A stretch of DNA of 64,000 bases from Candidatus Saccharimonadota bacterium. GTDB taxonomy: Bacteria > Patescibacteriota > Saccharimonadia > Saccharimonadales > 2-12-FULL-41-12. The position numbers were made by a program, and so were the translations under genes. The DNA is taken from positions 461 through 64,460 of the forward strand of contig JACRNE010000001.1 of NCBI GenBank assembly GCA_016219345.1, in the 5' to 3' direction. The notes under the pieces are model-generated. The model made no database searches. It saw nothing but the letters and a program-made list of their open reading frames with translations, and was not told the DNA's origin. Shown piece after piece: positions 45,596-54,700 of this stretch (position 1 is its first letter; every line of letters starts with the position of its first letter).

Positions 45596-46711
45596 TTATA
45601 TTGGGGTTGCATTAGATTCGATCTCCACAAGAAGATCATCCCTGCATATTTCACCGTTAAGGATGCATATCTTCTGTCCCCCGAAAACTTTTTTAATAAC
45701 CGGTTCAATGTGACTCAAATACTTTGAGTCTTTTATATACACACGGACTCCTTGTAGATCGCTCAGAGATATTCTCTTTGGCTTAAATGGAACGTAGTTA
45801 GATAAATTTTTGTAATCTATTAAGGCTTCTAGATTTTCTAGCATTGTATACACTTGAGAACTGGCTTCATATGGGTTTTTTGTGTCTTCTCCTTTAATGC
45901 TGGCAGTTCCCGAAATGAATAGCAGACCCCTCCCACCTAAATCTTGAACAGAGGCTCTAGAGAAAAGAGGAGGACTTTTTCCATATCTTTTTGAATACAT
46001 TTGTGGATCAACCTGCTCAGGGTTAGAAATATAGAAAACTTTATCATTCGAAAGCAAGGCTTCAATTATTAAAGGGCCGCCCCTTTTTGATCCCACTACG
46101 GTAGCAGCTGAAGTCTTCGTACCTCCTAGATGATTTACTGAATTAAAGTATTTCATCAAGGCACCTTTACGTCCTTTATTGAACTGTTCATAACGCTGGC
46201 TAATAATTTTGCCATTAATCTTTTTTGAATCATTAAACATGCCAGGAATGAAATTCCAAGTTCTGATAATATTTTCTGGCAACTGACTGGACTTTATGAG
46301 ATCGACCAGTTTTTTATACGAGAGATATGTGAGTTCACGAATTTCATCAGACCCATCGTTTAATAAATGAGCTGCAGGTTTTTTAATGGAGCTTTCTGTG
46401 CATATAAATCTAACGAATGTGTAATCTTTAGATGAAGTTTTAATAAGAATAATACGATCATCTCCGGAAATAATCTTATTTCTTGACAGTATATTTTTAC
46501 GGAGGGTCCATGTCTCCACACTATAATTGCTAAGAGGAGGCATTAATAAATCAGAACCTATAGTTTCAATTTTCTTAATGTCTGTCGCTTTTTTTCTCAA
46601 AGAATCATGAAAGCTTGATAAGCGTAAAGTCTTTGTGTAGTTACCCTGCGCCTTAAGTGACCCGGGAGAATAAAAGTTAACTAAAATTGGCGGCTTATCT
46701 GTGTAGCGCAT
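45596..46711 (-). CDS. FkbO/Hyg5/XanB2-type chorismatase homolog (RidA/YjgF-like fold)
   Basis: RTWNFIPGM..QRYEQFNKGR, NPEQVDPQMYSKRYGKSPPLFSRA, FISGTASIKGEDT, EICRDDLLVEIE. As I recall them, these parallel the family blocks RIWNY.P.I..ERY..FN.GR, NPRQ..AY.YP..YG.RSP.F.RA, SGTASI.G and DICR..LLVEIE. Confidence 0.6.
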   Translation of the reverse strand: MRYTDKPPILVNFYSPGSLKAQGNYTKTLRLSSFHDSLRKKATDIKKIETIGSDLLMPPLSNYSVETWTLRKNILSRNKIISGDDRIILIKTSSKDYTFVRFICTESSIKKPAAHLLNDGSDEIRELTYLSYKKLVDLIKSSQLPENIIRTWNFIPGMFNDSKKINGKIISQRYEQFNKGRKGALMKYFNSVNHLGGTKTSAATVVGSKRGGPLIIEALLSNDKVFYISNPEQVDPQMYSKRYGKSPPLFSRASVQDLGGRGLLFISGTASIKGEDTKNPYEASSQVYTMLENLEALIDYKNLSNYVPFKPKRISLSDLQGVRVYIKDSKYLSHIEPVIKKVFGGQKICILNGEICRDDLLVEIESNATPI

Positions 46712-46780
46712 ATCTGTATTTTTGGTTTTTGTGTTTGATAAACGATATTATTACAATCAGGAAATATTATACGCATATAG

Positions 46781-48202
46781 ATGAATAATAAAAGATCAGA
46801 TTTATTTGGAGAGTTGGATCTCTTTAAACGAATGGTAGAAAACGTGCCAGCATACGGTAAATTTCTCAGAGCCCAAAAATTTAATTATCACAGAGTTAAA
46901 AATATATCAGACCTAAAAAATGTTCCAACTACGGACAAAAAAAATTACATAGATAAATTTGACCTTAAAGAGTTAGCGTGGAATGGATGTTTGTCGGATA
47001 GCGACTATATAGTGAATAGCTCAGGGTCAACTGGAAAGCCTTATTTTTGGCCACGTAGCGAAGCTTCAGACAAAGACTCTGCTAAAATGTATGAAATAAT
47101 TTTCAAAGAGGTTTTCAGTGTAGGCGAGAAACCCATTTTGTTTATTAACTCTTTTGGCCAAGGCAGTTGGATCGCGGGTAACGAAGCCTTTCTCTCCACG
47201 ATGAACTTGAGCAAAAAAGGTATGCCAATAACGGCGATTAACTCGGGAATTGAACAATCATTGATCATCGATCAATTGATAAGATTGGCCCCTTTTTTCA
47301 CAAATGTAGTTTTTGCTGGATACCCACCATTTATAAAAGAGACTTTTGAACTTTTAAATCAGCGAAATAAGAATATCTTAAAAAAACATAGTGTTTACGC
47401 TGTTGTGGGCGGTGAATCAGTTAGCGAAAGATGGCGCGAAAATACAAAAAATACTTTAAAATATGCCAAAAAAGTTGAAGTCGTGAGCATATATGGGATG
47501 TCAGACGGTGGGGGGATATTGGCATTTGAAACACCAGTGACAAAATATATCAGGAAGCAGATTTTTAAGAGTAAAGATTCATTAAGAATCTTCGGAGGAA
47601 GGCATAATACGGCACTTTTCCAATACGATCCGATGACCAGGCATTTTACTACAGGCGAACAAGGGCAATTATTGATACACGTAAAGAATGGTCTCCCACT
47701 CTTTAATTACGATACTAAAGATAGTGGCGGAATTGTTCAGTTCTCAGAAGGAATTTCCCAGTTTTATGATAATTCTTCGCAAAAAACTGGGCTAAAAAAG
47801 TTTGAGAAATATCCTTTCGTCTATCTTCTAGGAAGAAGTGATTACGCCGTGACATTTTACGGACTAAATATTTACCCTGAGCACATTAGGGCAGCCATAG
47901 ATGAACTGACGGATAAGGATATAACGGGTAGATTTGTGCTCGAAAAGCGTGAAAATAAAGATGCGCAGCCTGAGCTCATAGTAAATTTTGAACTAGCAGA
48001 AAATAGGAAAGCTGCCTCTTTGGTGAATAAAAAAAGATTTATTGCGGAGCACATTTTTCAGACTTTACCGAAATATAATTCAGAATATGCTAAACTAGTC
48101 CGATCAATTAATAAACGTGCAATGCCAAAGATTAAATTTAAAAAGTTTGGTGAGATTGGTTACAAAGCCGGGAAGAAACATAAATGGGTGAAAAAAGACT
48201 AA
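46781..48202 (+). CDS. PaaK/F390-synthetase-like adenylate-forming ligase
   Basis: NSSGSTGKPYFWPR P-loop, YGMSDGGG, and a C-terminal lysine-rich lid. 473 aa. Confidence 0.7.
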   Translation: MNNKRSDLFGELDLFKRMVENVPAYGKFLRAQKFNYHRVKNISDLKNVPTTDKKNYIDKFDLKELAWNGCLSDSDYIVNSSGSTGKPYFWPRSEASDKDSAKMYEIIFKEVFSVGEKPILFINSFGQGSWIAGNEAFLSTMNLSKKGMPITAINSGIEQSLIIDQLIRLAPFFTNVVFAGYPPFIKETFELLNQRNKNILKKHSVYAVVGGESVSERWRENTKNTLKYAKKVEVVSIYGMSDGGGILAFETPVTKYIRKQIFKSKDSLRIFGGRHNTALFQYDPMTRHFTTGEQGQLLIHVKNGLPLFNYDTKDSGGIVQFSEGISQFYDNSSQKTGLKKFEKYPFVYLLGRSDYAVTFYGLNIYPEHIRAAIDELTDKDITGRFVLEKRENKDAQPELIVNFELAENRKAASLVNKKRFIAEHIFQTLPKYNSEYAKLVRSINKRAMPKIKFKKFGEIGYKAGKKHKWVKKD

Positions 48203-49449
48203 CCACTAGAACAGACGATTCTAGTGTGCCCAACTGGCTTAAAGAGGCCGAAAAAGCATCGGTTATTTCTGATAGTTTTGTCTCCAAAAATATTAAACCG
48301 ATCATACTGAATATGAATATTAGAAATGCAGACAATGCGCTAAGGGATCTTTGTAGGCAGGTTGAAATAACGCGGTTTATAGATGTTTTTGATGAGCAGC
48401 TAGCTGAATTATTTATCAGTGATAACGCGCAACTATACAAAGCTTCACTACAGGTGAAAAGATCATCGGTTAGGGACTATCTGAAGAATTATAAAAAAGG
48501 CAAATCCTCATGGCAACTGGGAAGCTGGGTTTATTATCCTTGGAGCGGTACCCTTATTCACATGCTGAGCGAGGACGAGTTCATAAAACTTAGAACTATT
48601 AGGAATCAGTTTATTATCACTGCAGATGAGCAGGAAAAGTATGCCTCCTATAGCGTGGGTTGTGCCGGGATGAGTGTGGGTAGTAACGGAGCAGTAGCGA
48701 TCGCTATAACGGGTGGTTCTCAGCGAATTAAATTAGCCGACGGAGCTGTTTTTAGTGGGTCAAATCTTAACCGCGTGCGCACAGGAGTTAAAAGTGTAGG
48801 TTTACCAAAAAGCATAATTATTGGTCGTGAACTTTATGAAATGAACCCATACTTAAGAATAGATGCAATAACAGAGAATTTAAGTGACAAAAATATTACT
48901 AGGTTTTTTGACAAGCCCTGGAAGCTAGACGCTGTTGTGGATGAGATTGATGACGTGATTATTAAAATAAAACTCCGTCTAGAAGCTAGAAAAAGAAAAA
49001 TTCCAGTCATCATGGTTACTGAGCCTGGGGATACCGTGATGTTAGACGTTGAGCGATTTGACAAAGATGATTCGCTACCCCTATTTCATGGTTTGCTCAA
49101 GGACGCAGAGAGGATAGCCGAGGCTGGATCATTTAAAAACGAAAGGGAGAGAATAAAGAGCATTGTTAAAATCATAGGCACACGTAACTTGCCTGTTCGT
49201 GATCAGCAAGCGGCGCTAAAGGTGGGTAGCGTGATTCCTTCGGCCCCTCAGCTTGGAAGCACTGCTATGATAGCCGGTGGTGTGATTTCATATGCAATTC
49301 GACAATTGGCCACAGATGCTCCCTTAAGAAGCGGCAGGCATGCCATAGACTTGAATAAGATTTTTTGGAAACCAAAAGATTATCTACGATATAAAATCAA
49401 TCACGAGACAAAAACAAGAAATCTAAATAGGGTTATTGGTAACATGTAG
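48184..49449 (+). CDS. ThiF/E1-like adenylyltransferase with N-terminal extension (Rv1355c-family-like N-terminal half)
   Basis: WVYYPWSGTLIHML, glycine-rich VGCAGMSVGSNGAVAIAITGG, LADGAVFSGSNLNRV. Overlaps the ligase gene by 19 nt. Confidence 0.7.
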   Translation: MGEKRLTTRTDDSSVPNWLKEAEKASVISDSFVSKNIKPIILNMNIRNADNALRDLCRQVEITRFIDVFDEQLAELFISDNAQLYKASLQVKRSSVRDYLKNYKKGKSSWQLGSWVYYPWSGTLIHMLSEDEFIKLRTIRNQFIITADEQEKYASYSVGCAGMSVGSNGAVAIAITGGSQRIKLADGAVFSGSNLNRVRTGVKSVGLPKSIIIGRELYEMNPYLRIDAITENLSDKNITRFFDKPWKLDAVVDEIDDVIIKIKLRLEARKRKIPVIMVTEPGDTVMLDVERFDKDDSLPLFHGLLKDAERIAEAGSFKNERERIKSIVKIIGTRNLPVRDQQAALKVGSVIPSAPQLGSTAMIAGGVISYAIRQLATDAPLRSGRHAIDLNKIFWKPKDYLRYKINHETKTRNLNRVIGNM

Positions 49450-50463
49450 GATTGATCCCAGGGGTACTCTACCTGATCTCCCCTCGATCCTACCTGCATA
49501 GCCTATTCGAACTAAGATTTGTAATCTCATTTTACTGCCAATTATCTCACCGACCTCTTTGTGGTAATCTGGTGCTTCAACTAATACAGCATTTGTAGAG
49601 TGTGCGAGACCAAGTCTCGTTAACTCTAAGCACAATTTCTCGTACTCTAGTCCAGTCTGGAGCCAGTCTTTTTTAGTGTCACCCTTTGTAAAAATTAACC
49701 CTAAAGCCGAAGCGCTTTTAATTTTTTTAAACTCTTTTCTTGCATTGATGTTTAAAAAAATTCCCAAACTGACCGATGATTTGACCCAAAGGGCCTCTAA
49801 TAATGAAGGGGCAAGAGCCAGAGCCGGTATTCCGATATCCTTGGGTCTTAATATCGGATTTATATATTCGTTTAGTTCGTGTCGCAGATCTTTGCTGCTG
49901 AATGCTAATTTAACTGCCTTTTCTGAAAGCAAAGATAGTTTATCAATAGTTGATCGGTCTTTGACTAAGATTGTCTTTGGAGAAAAACCTTTCTTAACTG
50001 ATTGCTGAAGCTTTTTATACATTTCTTGATTGATATTAGCACCATTAAAGACTCTTCGATTTGTTTGTCTTTCCAGAATTGTGTCGATAGCTGTTACTAT
50101 ATTATTTTTCGAGAACTTATATTTTTCGGATAACTTAAATCGTAATATAACACCTTCGCTGTATTGCTCTATGGAGGTCTTAAAGCCTAGGCTCTCGGCT
50201 ACATATACTATGTTTTGAGCGAAGGCACCCAGGCTTATCCATGTCTGCCTATTCGTGGGATCTGAGTGTTCCAGTTTTTTCGATGGATCTAGTTTTACAT
50301 CTAGGGTATTTGTGGGCTGGTTGATCTCGATTAACCAGGGTTGTGTGTTATGGACAGATGGAGCTAGATGACCCAAATAGCTAAGTAACTTTAAATTCGG
50401 AGTTTCTTTCATAGCAATTTCTGCCAATTCCTCAGCTGATTTTTTAGAAAATGTATTATTCAT
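49423..50463 (-). CDS. Acg-type tandem nitroreductase-fold FMN protein
   Basis: LGHLAPSVHNTQPW and about 345 aa, double nitroreductase length. I prefer the ATG at 50463 to the TTG at 50472. The 3' end overlaps the E1 gene convergently by 27 nt. Confidence 0.7.
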   Translation of the reverse strand: MNNTFSKKSAEELAEIAMKETPNLKLLSYLGHLAPSVHNTQPWLIEINQPTNTLDVKLDPSKKLEHSDPTNRQTWISLGAFAQNIVYVAESLGFKTSIEQYSEGVILRFKLSEKYKFSKNNIVTAIDTILERQTNRRVFNGANINQEMYKKLQQSVKKGFSPKTILVKDRSTIDKLSLLSEKAVKLAFSSKDLRHELNEYINPILRPKDIGIPALALAPSLLEALWVKSSVSLGIFLNINARKEFKKIKSASALGLIFTKGDTKKDWLQTGLEYEKLCLELTRLGLAHSTNAVLVEAPDYHKEVGEIIGSKMRLQILVRIGYAGRIEGRSGRVPLGSILHVTNNPI

Positions 50464-50479
50464 ATTAGTCAATTTTAAA

Positions 50480-50497
50480 TATACTTAATTAAGTATA
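50480..50497. promoter_or_regulatory. perfect 18-nt palindrome in the nitroreductase/kinase divergent spacer
   Basis: tatacttaa|ttaagtata. It supplies a TATACT-like -10 on both strands. Confidence 0.35.
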
Positions 50498-50505
50498 AAC
50501 TTCTT

Positions 50506-52680
50506 ATGCTTATCACATCTATATTAACTGCCTCAATAGCTATTAACCTTCTCGTTGCCTTTCTGGTTATTGTTCGTAATCCCAAAAGCGCCACTCATCG
50601 TTATTTTTTCGCACTTACCATTGCATTTATATCATTCGGGCTTATTAATTATATCTCTCTAAACCCTGTTTTGCTCAGCCAGATTACTTGGATAAGGTTA
50701 GATCTGATCAGCGGTGTTTATCTTTTTCTTCTCTTGTACTTAACTTTTTATGTTTTTCCCGAGCAAAAGCAACATTTACCTAGGTTTGCTAAATTTTTCG
50801 TACCCTATTCAGTATTTGTCTCAGCACTAACTTTAACCCCTTTTGTTTTCACACACCTGGAGGTAACAAGTAAGGGCGTACAGCCAATTCCAGGTCCAGG
50901 TATTGTCCTGTTTGTGTCCCAGCACATTTTGGCTATTTTAATGACCATCTGGGTAGTAGCCATTAAATACCGTAAAAGCGATGTCGCCCAGAAGAAACAG
51001 CTAAAAATAGTTATATCTGGAACTATGATATCCGTAATAACGATAATTCTTTTCAACCTTGTGGCGGTACAGGCTTTTCACAACAACAGCCTAATTCCTT
51101 ATAGCTCAGTTGGTGTTTTGGCCTTTACTCTTAGCTTCGCATTCTGCTTATTCAGATACAGATTTTTGGACGTTCGTTTGATTGTTGTACGGGCCTTAGC
51201 CTACGTCATGTTCATATCATCGCTGAGTATAATTTATGTGGTTACCGTCTTTGTTCTCGCTGATCAGCTTTTAATCACAGAGTCAGTATTTACACAGAGA
51301 ATTGTTCCAATTATTGCTGCTGTGTTCTTGGTGTTCACAGCTCCATTCTTCAAGAGATTCTTTGATCGCATTACTAACAGATTTTTCTATCGGGATGCAT
51401 ATGAGCCTCAAATATTATTTGATGAGCTAAACAAGGTGTTAATAAGCAATATCGAATTATCAATTCTGCTCAGGCATGCTAGCCAGGTCATACAAAGCCA
51501 CCTTAAAAGCGATATGTGTGTAGTTGCTGTCAACGAAGGTGATACATTGCCGCTACGGATAGCAGGGACAAAAGATATGCATTTTGATCAAAATGCGTCG
51601 TCTGTATTCATGGAGGATATGAAGGCCATATCATCAGACATGATAATTACGGACGAGTTAGATCAGCATAATGCACGGTTAAAAAAGATTCTCCAAGCCG
51701 TGAATGTATCAGTGGTTGTAAGGCTTCGTTCTGGCTCAAAAGACTCAAGCATCTTCGCCTTTTTGATGTTAGGGCCGAAGCGTAGTGGAAATCTATACGG
51801 TAAATTTGACCTAAAGATCATCAATATCATTGGCGATAGCATGGTTATAGCGATTCAGAATGCGCTTAGGTTTGAGGAGATACAGCAGTTTAACGTTACT
51901 TTGCAGGCCAAGGTGAATGAGGCAACTGCTAAGCTCCAAAAAACTAATAAAAAACTACGTGATCTAGATGAAACAAAAGACGAATTCATCAGCATGGCCT
52001 CACACCAGCTTAGAACTCCTTTGACCACCGTAAAAGGTTACATGAGCATGGTCTTAGAGGGTGATGCAGGCAAACTAACTAAGCCACAAAAAGAATTGCT
52101 TGAGCAGGCGTTCATTAGTTCGCAGCGCATGGTTTATCTAATAGCCGATCTATTGAATGTGTCCAGGCTCAAGACAGGCAAGTTCGTACTTGATCTCCAG
52201 CCTACCAACTTAGCAGAGGTTGTAGAAGGGGAGATAACGCAACTTAAGGAAACAGCTAATGCTAAAGGCCTGGGCTTTGAATTTAAGAAGCCAAAGAAAT
52301 TCCCAGAGCTAATGTTGGATGAGACCAAGATTCGACAAGTGATCATGAATTTCTCAGATAATGCGATTTATTACACGCCATCGGGTGGAAATATAACAAT
52401 AGAGCTGAAGGAGGACAAAAACAGCGTCTACTTCACGGTAAAAGACACTGGGCTAGGTGTACCTAAAGATGAGAAGTCCCATCTATTCACAAAGTTTTAC
52501 AGGGCAAAAAATGCCAGAAATGCCCGCCCAGACGGTACCGGTCTAGGACTATTTATGGCCAAAAAAGTGGTAGATGCGCTCGGTGGGAATATTATTTTTG
52601 AGAGTGAGGAGGGCAAGGGGAGTACCTTTGGCTTTACCTTCGAAAAACGCAAGCTAAAAGCCGATCATACCGAGAAATAA
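50506..52680 (+). CDS. sensor histidine kinase (multi-TM N-terminus, GAF-like, HisKA, HATPase_c)
   Basis: About 8 TM helices in the first 300 aa. A GAF-like region ends IAIQNALRFEE. H-box SMASHQLRTPL, N-box NFSDNAIYYTP, G-boxes DTGLGV and GTGLGL. Confidence 0.9.
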   Translation: MLITSILTASIAINLLVAFLVIVRNPKSATHRYFFALTIAFISFGLINYISLNPVLLSQITWIRLDLISGVYLFLLLYLTFYVFPEQKQHLPRFAKFFVPYSVFVSALTLTPFVFTHLEVTSKGVQPIPGPGIVLFVSQHILAILMTIWVVAIKYRKSDVAQKKQLKIVISGTMISVITIILFNLVAVQAFHNNSLIPYSSVGVLAFTLSFAFCLFRYRFLDVRLIVVRALAYVMFISSLSIIYVVTVFVLADQLLITESVFTQRIVPIIAAVFLVFTAPFFKRFFDRITNRFFYRDAYEPQILFDELNKVLISNIELSILLRHASQVIQSHLKSDMCVVAVNEGDTLPLRIAGTKDMHFDQNASSVFMEDMKAISSDMIITDELDQHNARLKKILQAVNVSVVVRLRSGSKDSSIFAFLMLGPKRSGNLYGKFDLKIINIIGDSMVIAIQNALRFEEIQQFNVTLQAKVNEATAKLQKTNKKLRDLDETKDEFISMASHQLRTPLTTVKGYMSMVLEGDAGKLTKPQKELLEQAFISSQRMVYLIADLLNVSRLKTGKFVLDLQPTNLAEVVEGEITQLKETANAKGLGFEFKKPKKFPELMLDETKIRQVIMNFSDNAIYYTPSGGNITIELKEDKNSVYFTVKDTGLGVPKDEKSHLFTKFYRAKNARNARPDGTGLGLFMAKKVVDALGGNIIFESEEGKGSTFGFTFEKRKLKADHTEK

Positions 52681-52721
52681 CAACTGGCTATTAGCATAAG
52701 AAAAATAGCTATAAACTAGAC

Positions 52722-52750
52722 TTGACAAAAAATAACGCTTGTGCTATAGT
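52722..52750 (+). promoter_or_regulatory. near-consensus sigma70 promoter of the vWA-MoxR-DUF58 operon
   Basis: TTGACA (52722-52727), 17-nt spacer, TATAGT (52745-52750). The ATG lies 9 nt downstream. Confidence 0.6.
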
Positions 52751-52759
52751 TATTCCACT

Positions 52760-53686
52760 ATGTCAGAAGTTTTGAGAACTGTGGTGCAGAATGCCCCTTA
52801 TGTTGGGGCAGCTGCTGGATATGCCTCTATGCTTGTAGCAGAGCGCAATATCGTAAAGCATGCTGCACAGGAGCGCCAACCCCTAAATGAAATTATTGGC
52901 GAAACCATCGAACAGTCTCAAAACCCTTCAATCAAAGACAGAATAAATAAATTTGTAGGCCCCTTAGCGGTTGCAGGCGCAATTGCTGGAGGTATGGTTG
53001 GCATGGCTTTTCAAGAAGAAGGAAAGGTTAAAACAAACACCAATCTACAGATGGTAGTCGATAGATCTGGCGGTACAAGAGCAGAAGTATCAGACGGTAC
53101 CGCAGCTGACAGCGTAAACGAGATTCTAGAGGAGTTTGCTTCTCATAATGAGACATCAGCGGATGTATTTGTTGCTCAAGGAGGAAGGGTCTCAAAGGCA
53201 AATTACCAAAAAGTCATCAATGAAGTACGACCGATTGGTGGAGCTCCGATGCAGGATGCGGTTGAACAAGCAATTTCCAATGTGGCAAGTACTAAATTAG
53301 AAGGCGATAATACGAAGAACGCAGTGGTTGTCCTTACTAACGGAAATAGTTTTGGTGAGCCAGATTCTGTAATACGTAAAGCCAGAAAAGCTGATGTATC
53401 CGTCTTTATAAAAAACATTGACGCTTCTTCTTCTGACTCAAAATCGATGAACAAAATATCAGAAAAAACGGGGGGACAATACATGACAGAATCAGACGAT
53501 CCAGAGAAGCTGTATGAGCAGGTTAAGGACAAATCCTCAGGCCAAGAGCTAAGGCAGGCTCCAGACAGCAAGCATGACATCCCAGAGAAGGTGCTATCAG
53601 TACTCCTAGCAGGAGGTATTTTAGGAGCCGTGGGACGAGCTAGGCGAAAAATGCCACTAACATTTAATGGATCAGACATTAAGTAA
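52760..53686 (+). CDS. membrane-anchored von Willebrand factor A (vWA) domain protein
   Basis: Hydrophobic segments at both ends. MIDAS-like VVDRSGGT, VVVLTNGNS, GGQYM. Confidence 0.7.
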   Translation: MSEVLRTVVQNAPYVGAAAGYASMLVAERNIVKHAAQERQPLNEIIGETIEQSQNPSIKDRINKFVGPLAVAGAIAGGMVGMAFQEEGKVKTNTNLQMVVDRSGGTRAEVSDGTAADSVNEILEEFASHNETSADVFVAQGGRVSKANYQKVINEVRPIGGAPMQDAVEQAISNVASTKLEGDNTKNAVVVLTNGNSFGEPDSVIRKARKADVSVFIKNIDASSSDSKSMNKISEKTGGQYMTESDDPEKLYEQVKDKSSGQELRQAPDSKHDIPEKVLSVLLAGGILGAVGRARRKMPLTFNGSDIK

Positions 53687-53696
53687 GGAGACTAAT

Positions 53697-54695
53697 ATGA
53701 ATACACATGAATCTATAAATCCAGCATCAGCAAACTTTTCACAAGAATTTCGCGACAATTCAATCAAGGAGCTTGATAAGCTGTTAATTGGACAGGACGA
53801 AGCAAAGCTTGGCGCTGTTGTGTCGTTAGTAGCTGGTGTTAACACAGTCTATGTTGGTGACCCAGGCGGCGGTAAGACAACCCTAGCTGGCGAAGTCTAT
53901 AAGATTTTTGAAGATATTGACCCATCTGAGGTCGCAGTAATACCTCCCCAGTCAGACCTCACGCCTCAACAAATGGTTGGAGGCCAAGTTAAATCTGAGA
54001 AAAAGACCGGTGATGATACAGAGTCACAGATCACTTTTGTGGAAGGTATAGTCACTCCAGACACTAAAATGATCTGGGCTGATGAGGTGAATCGTATTTC
54101 ACCGCTAGCAGTAAATGCTATTTTGAGCACTCTTGAATCAAGAAAACTTTCAACCACTACAGGAGAAATTGAGCTATCTAAACTTATATCGTCTGTTGCT
54201 ACTATGAACCCGGCTGAGCGAGCCCAAAGTAACTTTAAGGTTCCAGACGCAGTAGCTTCTAGACATGCCATAGGTGTTTTGCTAAACGGCAAAGATGAAG
54301 ATGTAACAACGGAAATATTTGGCGGTTGGAAGCCAGGATCAGTTAGCCCAGTTGCTACTACCGGAGACCTTGCTCAGATAAGGGCTCGATCTGAACAGAT
54401 TGTAATACCAGACAGCATGCAGGAATATGGCGGCAAGATGGCAATAAATGTCTCAGATTATCTTGCCACGGAAGGTATTATTAACGAATCTCCAAATCGT
54501 ATCGCAAGACAGATTAGCGAAGTGTCGCGAGCAATCGCTAACTTAGCTGGTGAAGATGCAGTAACTATAGAAAATATAAATCAAGCCACAAGATTTGTGC
54601 TTGGCGCTAGAGTGGGAATGCTAGTAGTTGGTGAAAGTGCTGGAAAAACAATTCAAAGTGCCCACGACCGATTACAAGTTGGCCACGAAGGGTAG
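53697..54695 (+). CDS. MoxR-like AAA+ ATPase
   Basis: AAGGAG SD. Walker A GDPGGGKTTLA, Walker B MIWADEVNRISPLAVNAILSTLESR, MNPAE. Confidence 0.85.
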   Translation: MNTHESINPASANFSQEFRDNSIKELDKLLIGQDEAKLGAVVSLVAGVNTVYVGDPGGGKTTLAGEVYKIFEDIDPSEVAVIPPQSDLTPQQMVGGQVKSEKKTGDDTESQITFVEGIVTPDTKMIWADEVNRISPLAVNAILSTLESRKLSTTTGEIELSKLISSVATMNPAERAQSNFKVPDAVASRHAIGVLLNGKDEDVTTEIFGGWKPGSVSPVATTGDLAQIRARSEQIVIPDSMQEYGGKMAINVSDYLATEGIINESPNRIARQISEVSRAIANLAGEDAVTIENINQATRFVLGARVGMLVVGESAGKTIQSAHDRLQVGHEG

Positions 54696-54700
54696 TAAAT

